Assembly: GCA_965603825.1 (NCBI GenBank)
Contig: CBFDEM010000001.1
Span: 1-64,000, forward strand
DNA length: 64,000 nucleotides
Direction: 5' to 3'
Source of the DNA: Blepharisma stoltei ATCC 30299
Lineage: Eukaryota > Protista > Ciliophora
Position 1 is the stretch's first letter; each line of letters begins with the position of its first letter. A model generated the notes under the pieces. That model searched no databases and was not told the origin of the DNA. It was given only the letters and a program-made list of their open reading frames with translations. Shown in pieces: positions 1 to 13,024 of the stretch. A program made the position numbers and the translations under genes.

Positions 1-3000
1 CCCCTAACACCCTAACACCCTAACACCCTAACACCCTAACACCCTAACACCCTAACACCCTAACACCCTAACACCCTAACACCCTACACCCACCCCTAAC
101 ACCCTAACACCCTAACACCCTAACACCCTAACACCCTAACACCCTAACCCCAACCCCTAACACCCTAACACCCTAACACCCTAACACCCTAACACCCTAA
201 CACCCTAACACCCTAACACCCTAACACCCTAACACCCTAACACCCTAACACCCTAACACCCTAACACCCTAACACCCTAACACCCTAACACCCTAACACC
301 CTAACACCCTAACACCCTAACACCCTAACACCCTAACACCCTAACACCCTAACACCCTAACACCCTAACACCCTAACACCCTAACACCCTAACACCCTAA
401 CACCCTAACACCCTAACACCCTAACACCCTAACACCCTAACACCCTAACACCCTAACACCCTAACACCCTAACACCCTAACACCCTAACACCCTAACACC
501 CTAACACCCTAACACCCTAACACCCTAACACCCTAACACCCTAACACCCTAACACCCTAACACCCTAACACCCTAACACCCTAACACCCTAACACCCTAA
601 CACCCTAACACCCTAACACCCTAACACCCTAACACCCTAACACCCTAACACCCTAACACCCTAACACCCTAACACCCTAACACCCTAACACCCTAACACC
701 CTAACACCCTAACACCCTAACACCCTAACACCCTAACACCCTAACACCCTAACACCCTAACACCCTAACACCCTAACACCCTAACACCCTAACACCCTAA
801 CACCCTAACACCCTAACACCCTAACACCCTAACACCCTAACACCCTAACACCCTAACACCCTAACACCCTAACACCCTAACACCCTAACACCCTAACACC
901 CTAACACCCTAACACCCTAACACCCTAACACCCTAACACCCTAACACCCTAACACCCTAACACCCTAACACCCTAACACCCTAACACCCTAACACCCTAA
1001 CACCCTAACACCCTAACACCCTAACACCCTAACACCCTAACACCCTAACACCCTAACACCCTAACACCCTAACACCCTAACACCCTAACACCCTAACACC
1101 CTAACACCCTAACACCCTAACACCCTAACACCCTAACACCCTAACACCCTAACACCCTAACACCCTAACACCCTAACACCCTAACACCCTAACACCCTAA
1201 CACCCTAACACCCTAACACCCTAACACCCTAACACCCTAACACCCTAACACCCTAACACCCTAACACCCTAACACCCTAACACCCTAACACCCTAACACC
1301 CTAACACCCTAACACCCTAACACCCTAACACCCTAACACCCTAACACCCTAACACCCTAACACCCTAACACCCTAACACCCTAACACCCTAACACCCTAA
1401 CACCCTAACACCCTAACACCCTAACACCCTAACACCCTAACACCCTAACACCCTAACACCCTAACACCCTAACACCCTAACACCCTAACACCCTAACACC
1501 CTAACACCCTAACACCCTAACACCCTAACACCCTCAACACCCTAACACCCTAACACCCTAACACCCTAACACCCTAACACCCTAACACCCTAACACCCTA
1601 ACACCCTAACACCCTAACACCCTAACACCCTAACACCCTAACACCCTAACACCCTAACACCCTAACACCCTAACACCCTAACACCCTAACACCCTAACAC
1701 CCTAACACCCTAACACCCTAACACCCTAACACCCTAACACCCTAACACCCTAACACCCTAACACCCTAACACCCTAACACCCTAACACCCTAACACCCTA
1801 ACACCCTAACACCCTAACACCCTAACACCCTAACACCCTAACACCCTAACACCCTAACACCCTAACACCCTAACACCCTAACACCCTAACACCCTAACAC
1901 CCTAACACCCTAACACCCTAACACCCTAACACCCTAACACCCTAACACCCTAACACCCTAACACCCTAACACCCTAACACCCTAACACCCTAACACCCTA
2001 ACACCCTAACACCCTAACACCCTAACACCCTAACACCCTAACACCCTAACACCCTAACACCCTAACACCCTAACACCCTAACACCCTAACACCCTAACAC
2101 CCTAACACCCTAACACCCTAACACCCTAACACCCTAACACCCTAACACCCTAACACCCTAACACCCTAACACCCTAACACCCTAACACCCTAACACCCTA
2201 ACACCCTAACACCCTAACACCCTAACACCCTAACACCCTAACACCCTAACACCCTAACACCCTAACACCCTAACACCCTAACACCCTAACACCCTAACAC
2301 CCTAACACCCTAACACCCTAACACCCTAACACCCTAACACCCTAACACCCTAACACCCTAACACCCTAACACCCTAACACCCTAACACCCTAACACCCTA
2401 ACACCCTAACACCCTAACACCCTAACACCCTAACACCCTAACACCCTAACACCCTAACACCCTAACACCCTAACACCCTAACACCCTAACACCCTAACAC
2501 CCTAACACCCTAACACCCTAACACCCTAACACCCTAACACCCTAACACCCTAACACCCTAACACCCTAACACCCTAACACCCTAACACCCTAACACCCTA
2601 ACACCCTAACACCCTAACACCCTAACACCCTAACACCCTAACACCCTAACACCCTAACACCCTAACACCCTAACACCCTAACACCCTAACACCCTAACAC
2701 CCTAACACCCTAACACCCTAACACCCTAACACCCTAACACCCTAACACCCTAACACCCTAACACCCTAACACCCTAACACCCTAACACCCTAACACCCTA
2801 ACACCCTAACACCCTAACACCCTAACACCCTAACACCCTAACACCCTAACACCCTAACACCCTAACACCCTAACACCCTAACACCCTAACACCCTAACAC
2901 CCTAACACCCTAACACCCTAACACCCTAACACCCTAACACCCTAACACCCTAACACCCTAACACCCTAACACCCTAACACCCTAACACCCTAACACCCTA

Positions 3001-3053
3001 ACACCCTAACACCCTAACACCCTAACACCCTAACACCCTAACACCCTAACACC
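1..3053 (+). repeat. Telomeric repeat array (CCCTAACA)n, about 380 units
   Basis: Near-perfect 8-mer tandem array from base 1. C-rich strand is 5', as expected for a left chromosome end. CCCTAACA is the heterotrich (Stentor/Blepharisma) telomere unit. A few variant units near 85-155 and 1535. Confidence 0.98.
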
Positions 3054-3339
3054 AATTTTATGCTTATACCGCAAACAGATTTTTATTTCTTACTACTAAA
3101 ACAAAACCATCAGAAAAATTTATATTATTTGTCATAAATCCATTAATAATCAAAATTTTTTATATAAACACTTTTTATTTAAATAATTTATATAGCTCGA
3201 GTGTTAAATGCGCGCCCGAGCTACAATAATTTAAATAAGTCCATTTTAATAAAAATCGATTGAAGCACATTCCGAATTTATTATATAAAGCTAAACATAT
3301 AAAATTTAACTTTTAGTTCTTAATATCCACTATTGTTGT

Positions 3340-3775
3340 TTGCATCAATGATTTTCGAAGTAGAAATTTTTGTAGCAAACAATTGAATTGCTGATAGTAG
3401 CAGAAATACTTGAAGCATTGATCGTTGAAGATCTAATAGATGATGAGCTTATAGTTGAACCAGATATAGTTGAAGATTTGATAGACGAAGCATACAGCGA
3501 TTTTTGAATCAATGATGACTGAAGCAGACACTTTTAAAGCATGATAGCTAAGGAGATAATGCTTGAGGCTGAAATAGTTGAAATAATGATTGTTGAAAAT
3601 TTGACAGATAAGTAGAAATAGTTGAAGCAGTAATTGTTGAAAATTTGACAGATGAAGTAGAAATATTTAAACAAGGACACTCGAATTAGAAATGCTTGGA
3701 GTAGAAATATTTGAAGCGGAGAGGGTTGAAGATGCGATACTTGAAGTAGAAATCTTCGAAGTAGAAATGGTGTCC
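3340..3775. repeat. Degenerate 15-bp-period subtelomeric repeat, probably a decayed pentapeptide-repeat coding relic
   Basis: Recurrent GAAGTAGAAATAGTT-like units. TTGTTGAAAATTTGACAGAT is exactly repeated at 3590 and 3634. The minus strand reads S-T-I-S-T/S-K-I-S-T pentapeptides interrupted by stops and frameshifts. Confidence 0.6.
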
Positions 3776-5170
3776 TAAAAGCATATAGTCTGGATGAATT
3801 CCAAAATGATTTTCGAGTAAAAAATGCTTAAAATTTGGTGCTTCACCCTAAATATTTACTATTTTTTCTATGTCTCATCATAACAGATTTGTTTGCTTTA
3901 AAAGCAGCAACCCATATATCCAGTTTATATTATCTTAATCACTTTCAAAAGTAATATTTTTATTCTCCGCATAATTCATGAATTATTAGCATTTCATTGG
4001 TCCATTTCTCTTTTTCGAATCTTAAATCTGCTTAGCATGAAATAGTTTCTGATAGATAGGCTGGGCCATAGGTATCTTGCTTATTACAAATTGCTAAAAT
4101 TGCATGTTTATCTGACAACCCTAAGCTTTAATTTTTTCAATGAGTTTTTCTCTTGGGTTTTTTTTATTCAGGTTTTATTGCTTGTCTGTATTAGATGTGC
4201 TATATCAAAATCCACAAGCAAATGTTTGTGAGCTAGCTCAAGCAGATAAAATTTAACCCTAGAGTGAATTTTTTAAGACTAATCTTTTGTTAGAGTCCTT
4301 ATTGTGCTATATAACTTAAGTGATTATATATTGGCTTCTGAAATCCCAGTGGTCTTAAAAACTATTGTTGAAACACTCTCGATTGATAAAGATGGTATAA
4401 TTTTTTCAAAAAATGTAATATTTTATTTAATTAGTAATCAAAATGTTACTTAAAAACACTAAGCTTGAAGAATTTATTATTAAAACAGCAAAATTAAGCT
4501 ATAGATATAAGAAATTATTGTCTGTATTCCTTAGATTATTTCTAATCACAGATACCTCTAAGAATTCCCTTTTAAATAAGCTGTGCTTGCTTTAAGGTCT
4601 TTTTCATTTTATTACTAGTAATTAGTCAAATTTTGATATAAAAAATGAATTGAATAATTTTTCAGAATTAAAATATAATCTGTTGAGCAAGAAGAAATAT
4701 GTGCATCAAGATATAATTTCTGTTTTGAATTATTTAATGTTTTCATTCTACGTTATATAAATTTATAGATGATTAGAGAATCCTATTTATTTCAAATTAA
4801 AGATTTAATTACCTGAATAAAGCCTTTTAGTTATTGGATTATGACTCTAAAAAATTCTTTGCCTAGTATTTTATTTAAAACTTCAGATTCTATTAAATTA
4901 TGGTTTTTTCTTAAAAATCATAAAATTTAATATTATTAAAGATTATAAATGAAGCAAACGTCCTTATAAAATTAAAAAATAAAAATTCCTGAATTAAAAA
5001 TCCTTTTCATATTTATTTAATAAGGTTGAATTTAAGGTCTATTTAGCCAATTAGGCTGAGATTTATTATTATAAATACTCTTAACTTATTTACTATTTTT
5101 TTTTTAACACTAGTTTTCGATCAATGATTTTTAGCTATGATTTAATCGTTCATATAATATTAAATAAGCA

Positions 5171-8100
5171 ATGAACATAATAGAATTTTCTTTTATCATT
5201 GCAATTCTTGTGAGAAGTCAGATAGTTGTTGATATAGCCTGAAGCTCCTTCACAAATCCGAATTTCGCCTCAAATTTAACTGCTTTACTTCACCAAAATT
5301 TCCAAGATCAATTTGAATTTAACTTGGCTTATTTTGATACCTCTTCAACTCATCAACAGTTTCTGAACAGTCCAGATCTAATTTTTGATATTACCTTTAG
5401 TTCTTTTTTATCACAAAGAATAAGAGAATACACTGCTGAAAATCCTACCATAATAGCAAGTATCAGCAAATCAATTGGCGCATATTCTGATTGAGAATTT
5501 TTTATTCACAATTCGTGGGAAAACCAAATTGAAGCTTTATCCAGTATCATTTCTTATTTGAACTGGACAACTTTTATAGTGATTTCTGATAAGATTTATA
5601 ATGAAGATGATGAGTTGTTTTTTAATTGTTTTTCCAAAAAAGATTACCATTGATTTTATTTCGCAAATAGCAATGATAAAAATTCTTCGGACTTATTTAT
5701 TGGAAAGGTAATTCAGGCGATCGGGATAAAAAACATTGTGATATTAAATTTTGGGGAAAGCACAAACTTGCTGCTAAAAAGCCTATCTCAGAAAAGTTTG
5801 CTCACTAAAGGAACTGGAGTTATTGTAGGAAGTAAAGGCTCATGGGGTTTGTATGGAGATGGTATCATTGCTTATTCAGAATTAGGATTAGAAAGTGCTG
5901 ATAGTTATTACAAATATGAAGGATTAGCATTCATAAAATTTTTGAATTTAATACTCAGCTTTCCTTTAGCATCCAATTCTTTGGAGTTAATTGGGTTTTT
6001 AAACAAAAATACAGTTGATCATCATCCATTCCCAAATTTTACTCTATTAAATATCGAAGATAGTGAAAGATCAATCAAAGGAAAAATTTATAACGGAAAT
6101 TTAACGATATCAAAATCCCTGATCTATCCAGGGAATTCTTCAATTATTCCTAACTCCCCTACCACAGACATAAATATATGAATCGCAGATGGAACAATAA
6201 ATCCAGGAGGTGACTCTGATATATTGGCAACAACTCCAACAGCAGGAGCATTTTATGCTTTAAGCTATTGAAAAAGTATACATTCCTTGGATGGCTTTGA
6301 AGTCTCAGTAACTCATACAGACTGTGGGGCTACAGTATTTGATTTGACTTATGCATACTCCTGCTTTTCTAAATTACTAGCAACTCCTGGTGTTGGATAT
6401 CTAACATCTCTCTATCCATATATAGCCATAGGTAACATTTTGGTATTAAGATCTTTGAATCTTTCAATACCCCACATTTCCCCTTATGCTCCTTCAACTC
6501 TTTCTCTTAATAACACCCTTTTCCCTGAGTTTATGACAATAATAAAAGACGAAGCTTTCAATACCCAGGTCATTTTAGATCTTGCAGTCATTTTTGGTTG
6601 GAAGCATTTTCTAGTCATTTATGATAAAAATAATTTAATGGCTTATAACTTTTTTCTATCAAAAGTCGAACAATATAACATGATCATTGCAAATGGCCCT
6701 GAACTGAGGCAAATGGATGCATACTACACAAGAGACAAATATCCTCACTGAAAAGATTGATTTGCAAGTATAATAAGCTTGAAGGTCAGATTTTTAGTTG
6801 CATTTTTAACACCTCCTTACGGATTTCACGTAGCTGAAAGCTTCTATGATGCAGGGATTAGAAAAGGCGACATGATAATCTTATGCAACGCAAGAATGTC
6901 ATATGCATTTGATTGAGAAACCGATTTGGTCCAGCGACGAAAAGTCACTGAGGTATTTTATGGTGCGATTGCTGTTGCCCAAGCTGAGTGAATTGGAGAA
7001 TATGGACAAATGCTTGTAAGAGGCTATTTAAAGGAGTATGTAAACCAATTAGAGTTTCGCTGCTTAGCATTTGATTCTGCAATGCTACTTCTAAATAGCA
7101 TCTCATTTACTATAAAACAAGGTGAAAATGTGAAGGATTATGAAATATTGAACGCAAACATAAGAAAACAAAAATTTTTAGGCTGCTCTGGGACTGTGTC
7201 AATTGAGCCGGGAACTAATCAAAGAAGTTTGCCTACTTTCGGGATTTTCAGCTTAAGGTGAAATGATACTACTCAGAAGCTTTACGAAGAATCGGTGGGG
7301 TTGTATGATCTCAGCAGTGTACAATTAATTACTTTTTATAGCCAGATCTTATGATATGATAACACCACAAATCTGCCTTCAGATTTAATTATATATGAAA
7401 ATGGCTGCCCATTTCCAGCTAAAATGATTCATAGGTCTAAAGCCGGTGCCGGTATGCTATATGGAATATCGATTGGGCTGATAGTTATCACGATTATTGA
7501 ATCCTTTTTTATATGAAATAAATTTTTAAAAAACATCAGAATACAGAAATTAAAAATATCTGCATATGTTCAGTTTGAAGATTACTTCATGATGGCAATT
7601 TTGGCTATAGATTTTTTCCAATTTATTTCTCAAGGACCTGATATAAGTGGATTACATGAATGGCTGTCCTTACTCTGCACCTATACAATGACTAACTTTG
7701 ATTCTACCGTTACAGGTGATATTTATTGGGTTTATTTATATACTGCTATGGCTATTTCTTGCTTTTGAGTTTTTACAGCTTTTTTATTGCTTTATCAGCT
7801 TAATGAATTTTTTAGTGAAATGCTAAAACGCGTGAAAAATATTTCTTTACTTTTGCTTCCTATAATTGGAAATATAGTGTTTGTGCCAATGGTGTCAGTG
7901 CTCTTAAGCATTTTTCAATGTGATCAAGGAATTAGCTCAAAAATTACAGATTCTTTTATAAGATATGATTGCACTACATATTGCTGGGATAATAGGTATA
8001 CTTTATGAGGAATTTTTGCAATTATTTCCTTGCTAGTTTATATTCCTTTAACTATTTATTTAAGATATTATTATGAAATTGTTAATGATCATATTAACAT

Positions 8101-8641
8101 CAGAACGAATCCGATTTTTATTATAGAAAAAGCAATCTGCCAAATAATTATTATTTTTATGAGCCGAACAGTCAAAGAGTATAACGAATCTTTGCACGGA
8201 CTTTGTTGTTGCATCCTTTTTATTACAATGATTCTGCTGTGCTATAAGCAAGGCCCTTATAATTATCATAGAATGAATCTTTGAATTAGTATTTCTTATC
8301 TGGCTATTCTATGAAGTTTTATTTTGTCAAGTACTTATTGACTCACAGAAATTGATAATAAATTAATTTTTATAGCTTTACAATGTTTAGGCTGGCTTAT
8401 CTTAATAGCTTCAGGTATTGCTATTCAATGCAAGTGATACCCAAACCTATTGAATACTGAGAAGGTTGTTGACATTGCGATTTTTTTTAAATTTGAAATA
8501 GGAAATAAAATTACAGCTGCTGAGCTCAATAGAATGAAAAAAGAGATAAGTAATTCAAACTACTCAACTAAAAGCAAAACATCAAATATAAATTGCACTC
8601 AAATTATTCCAACTATTAACGATAATATTATATCAGAATAA
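5171..8641 (+). CDS. Family 1 receptor-like protein, copy 1 (1,156 aa): signal peptide, two Venus-flytrap/ANF-receptor-like domains, ~9 TM
   Basis: All six ORF-track fragments (5738-8641) are in one frame, joined by TGA=Trp. ATG at 5171 starts a hydrophobic leader; TAA at 8639. Motifs: THTDCG...CF, IPHISPYAPS...FPEFM, FGWK, KFLGCSGTVSI, then hydrophobic segments with FQC...DCTTYCW and PYNYHRMN. Confidence 0.9.
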
Positions 8642-8814
8642 TTATTATAATTAAATTTTTAGATATCTGTAAACTCTAAGCTAAATATCTAGCAATTAAT
8701 TCAATGAATTTTATATATTTTATATATTTTGAATATAATAATTTGTTTGAAGTCTATAGGTATCTTAAATTGAGCAATATCATGTTTTGAACTTTTCTTT
8801 TTTCTTTCCTTTCC

Positions 8815-9612
8815 TATAGTGCCTCTTTATTGGAGCTCATAAAATGATTGCCAAAGAAAAGCATTATATAATCGCTTCCATTTACAAAACACTTGGCACA
8901 TTCTAACTGAGAATTGTTTCATACTCAATGGGTAGTCAGCTTGCCTCACTTATTATTTAAAATGAGAAAGATTAATTGTAATTTCTGATGACTTACTAAG
9001 ATAGTGGATTTTGAAATTATTTTTCGAATAAGAATTATCAATGATTTTACTTCTCAAGCATCTATAAAGAAAGCTTGACTGATTAATTAATTGGAAAAAT
9101 AGTTCAAGCCAAATGGAACGAGAAATATTGTTATAATAAATAAAGCAGAAAGTGCAGTGTTTATAAAATCACAATTTCCATACTATTGGGCAGGAGTATT
9201 ATAGGAAGTAAGGCTCGTGGGAGCCATGTGGAAATGGAGCTATTGGATATTCTAAATCTTGTCTTGAGTTTGCTGATGACTATTTTAATTACGAAAAATT
9301 ACCCCGCTATTTATGAAATTTTATTTATCATTTACTTATTGACTCATTACTTTTGGTTATTCAGCATTGTGACTCATACTTAACGTTCTGGGTTTATCTT
9401 AATAGAGGCTGATATTACAATTCAATTCAATGCCAAATAGCTTCCTAGTTTATTAGTTTTTGATAAAGCTGTAGATATAGCTAATTTTTTTAAATTTTTA
9501 ATGGGAAGCCAAATGAGTAAGAAGGAGCTTATAAAAGCTAAAAGAGAAAAATTCAAATGCTAGTAATGAGTCTTGCTCTTCTTATTCTGATGGAAATGGT
9601 ATAAAAGAATAA
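8815..9612 (+). pseudogene. Collapsed family 1 relic: N-terminal part joined to C-terminal part
   Basis: 8815-9290 resembles the 5' part of the 10243 copy (TATAGTGCCTCTTTAT..GAGCTCATAAAA; ATTGGAAAAATAGTTCAAGCC). From ~9310 it resembles the 3' TM/tail region (GTAGATATAGCTAATTTTTTTAAATTT). Many stops and indels. Confidence 0.7.
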
Positions 9613-10242
9613 TTATTAACACAAAACTTTAATAAATAATTAAATTCTTATTTATCAGCTCACTTATATAAAATTTGCATGCTTTATAGCATCGTAAATT
9701 TTGATAAGCTCACCCTTTAATAGTTTTAAATATTCACAATAGCTATTTAATTAATAAAATTCAAATTTTAATTATAAATAAAATTAGATTTAAAGGATTA
9801 TAAATTTATAAATTAAACAAAATTGCAATTTTTGCTACTTCTAACATTTTACTTTAAAATAAACTAGTAATCAAATGCTGCAATCGAGCCCTTTTTATTT
9901 CAAAAAAAAAAAAGAAATGCTCGTTTGGTAATCCAAGCCCCTCTATTTCAATATGAAATTCAGTTCAAAATTAAGAGGAAGATTAAAAGTTTAGTAAAAG
10001 TATCATTAACATCTGAGATGTCAATTTAAAAATAAAGAATAAAGCATCAAAATAATTTTAAGGAAACTTTATTTAGACACTTATTGAGTTATAAATTATG
10101 TTTAGGAAAGAAGTTAAAAATTTAATACAATTACTTTGAATATATTTATTTAATTTAAAACCATTTTTTGAAAAAATCAAGTTAAAATTTATCGAAAAAT
10201 CAACTAAAAAATGGAATTGAATATTTTTAAGTAGCGTGTATA

Positions 10243-12243
10243 ATGTCAGTATTCAAGTTTTTACGGATCATACTCTGTATGGCCATCCTTGCCAAATCTC
10301 AGCTGATTGTTAATATTATTTATAGTTCTTTCACAAATCTAGAGCTTGCTTTGAAAATCTCTTCTTTGCTACTTCAAAACTTTCAAAGTCATATTGACTT
10401 TAATCTAACTTATATAGAAACCTCCGAAGATCTAAAGCTGGCTACAGATGCTTCAAATATAGTTTTTGGCCTTATCTATAGTGCCTCTTTATCTGAGCTC
10501 ATAAAAGAGCTTGCAGAAGAAAAATATTTTATTATCGCTTCTATTGAAGAAACTTCGAGGACATACTCAGAGTGGCAATTTTTTATTCATAATTCTTTAA
10601 AGAATCAGATTGAAGCTTTGCTTTCAATTGTTTCCTTTTTAAATTGAGAAACATTTATTGTAGTTTCTGACCAAACTTATAGTGAAGATGATGGATTTTC
10701 AAATTATTTTTCTAATAAGAATTATCGGTTATTTTATTTCTCAAACAGTAATGATCAAAGCTTGGCAGATTTATTTATTGGAAAAATAGTTCAAGCCACC
10801 GGGATAAGAAATATTGTAATTCTAAATAGAGGGGAAAGTGTAAAATTACTGCTAAAAAGCTTAGAAAAGCACAATTTTCTTAATATTGGGAGTGGAGCTA
10901 TTATAGGAAATAAAGGGTTTTGGGGACTTTATGGTAACGGAGTTGTTAGTTACTGCGAATCGGGACTAGAATTAGCGGATAGCTATTATAATTATGAAGG
11001 TTTAGCATTTGTGAAATTTTTAAAACAGATTCTCAGTTATAGTTCAACATACAACTCTTTAACCCTCAAAGAGTTTCTGAATAAAAATACAGAGGATCAT
11101 CACCCAGTGTCCAATTTTACTCTAATTAATGCCAAAAATAATGAAAATTTTCTAGTAGGAAAGATTTTTAATGGAATCTTAACACTAATAAACCCTTTAG
11201 TATACCCAGGAAATTCTTCAAAAATTCCAAACTCTCCTACTACAGATATTAATATATAAATCGCTGATGGAACAACAAATCCTTTTTTTTTCTCTGAAAA
11301 TTCAGCATTAAAAATTGCTTATGCAGAGTTTTATGCTTTAGGATTGTGGGAAAATAAGCATGTATTGGACAACTTTGAAATAAAAGTAGTTGATACCGAC
11401 TGTGGAGTGTCAGTTTATGATTATGATTATGCATATTCCTGCTTTTCTCAGCTACTCAATACTCCTGGAGTGGGTTTTTTAACATCTCTATATCCCTTTA
11501 TAGCAATTGGATATATATGCATTGAGGTCTTTAAATTTTTCAATACCTAGCATTTCACCATATGCCATATCAAGTCTATCGCAAAACAAATCATCTTTTC
11601 CTGAATTTATGACTGTAACGAAAGACGAAAGATTTAACACAGGCGTTATCTTAAATCTTGCAGCAGTTTTCGGCTGGAAACATTTTATTATCATCTACGA
11701 TGAAGATAATTTAGGGACTTATAATTATTTTGTGGAAAAAATTGCAAAAAATAACATGAAAATTGCAAATAGTCCTGATCTTCGAACTATGGACATGTTC
11801 TACACTAGAAATGATTATCCCAAATGAAAAAGCTGATTTGCTAAAATAATTAGCTTAAAAGTGAGACTTTTTTTTATCATTTTAACCCCTCCCTTTTGAT
11901 TTTATATAGTTGAAAGTTTTTACGACGCAGGATTAAGAAGGGGTGACGTTTTATTTTTATCTGATGCAAGGATGGCTTATTCTATTTTTGGGAAACTGAT
12001 TTAGTTCAACGAAGAAAAATTATTGAGCTACTGCATGGTACAGTTATAACTGCCCAAGGCGAATGGATTGATGAGTATGGACAAAAAATAAAAAATGGGT
12101 TTATTAAAGAATATGGAAATGAGACAGATTTCGATGCTTAGCATTTGATGATACAATGCTGCTTCTAAATGGAATAGAGTTTACTATAAAGCAAGGCCAA
12201 AACGTGAAGGATCACCAAGTAATGAATGAAAATCTTAGAAAAC
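10243..12243 (+). pseudogene. Family 1 pseudogene, 3'-truncated by a retroelement
   Basis: Signal peptide and both ectodomains are present. TAA at 11257 replaces the conserved TGA(Trp). Frameshifts near 11510, 11990 and 12130. Similarity stops at NLRK (~12243). Confidence 0.9.
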
Positions 12244-13024
12244 TTACTTAATTATTCAGCAGGCAATGCCTGCAGCAAGAACCTTATGGTTCTTTTTTAA
12301 CTAACCATCTATCTATTTTAAGCTGCTGCGATTTATCACTTCGGCCCAAGAGTCTATCTTCTCTCTCTTTCATTAACCCATGTCGCTTTGCTCTTGAGAC
12401 CAACACCTCTTCATGGAAAACTTTGATTGCCTTGTCTATTTCATCTATGCTGTGCGTCTCTTCATTCTCGTAACGCCAGTTTAATAAGCTCCGTTCAAGC
12501 CGGTGACTATAGAGGATTATTTCAGCCAACCTGATTTTTTCACATGGGTAGCTAATCTGCTCCAACCTTTTTTTCAGCTTATTTCTCTGCAGAGCATATT
12601 GTGGACAGATTTCAATTATGTGTTCTTCTGTTTCCTCTTCATAACACACTTCGCATTTTGCTGACTGTGCTAGGTGCCTAATCCATGCATTGTGATTACT
12701 AAAATTAAACCCAGCCCTTAGTCTGTGGATTGATCCAATTGCAAGATGCCTGTCAGGGTTGTGTTTTATAAACGTCGGGGTATAGCTATATTCAGCTTCT
12801 TCTTTCAACCATCTTCATACCCTCGTCGTTTTCTTTGTCTCTAGTTCTAGCCTGTTTACAATTTCTCTCAAGTTGCATTCGCTCAGTTTACCTTCCAAAA
12901 TTTGGTCTCACTGCTCCTTCTTAGTGTTTAATATTCTCTCGTCTTCCAAGAATTCGTCTAAGTTAAGATCCCTTATGAAGCGTTGGCATTTTCGCTCTCA
13001 AGGAAGGATCTCTTTAATGTTAAT
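12244..13024 (-). mobile_element. 5'-truncated non-LTR (LINE-like) retrotransposon fragment: C-terminal part of the pol ORF with CCHC zinc finger and short 3' UTR
   Basis: With UGA=Trp the frame is open from ~13027 to the TAA at 12284: ..LPWERKCQRFIRDLNL..HRLRAG..CEVCYEEETEEHIIEICPQY..R. The C-x2-C-x7-H-x4-C motif preceded by RLRxG is typical of the post-RT region of LINE ORF2. Higher GC than the flanks; interrupts host genes. Confidence 0.8.

Noticed and set aside
1-3053. Tandem array as CRISPR or satellite; variant units at ~85-155 and ~1535
   Set aside because: There are no spacers and the unit is a known telomere repeat. The variants are most simply explained as read errors or telomerase slips.
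7445-8641. Calling family 1 GABA-B/mGluR or a guanylyl cyclase receptor
   Set aside because: There are two ectodomains, about nine TM segments, no class C 7TM motifs and no catalytic domain, so no gene symbol was assigned.
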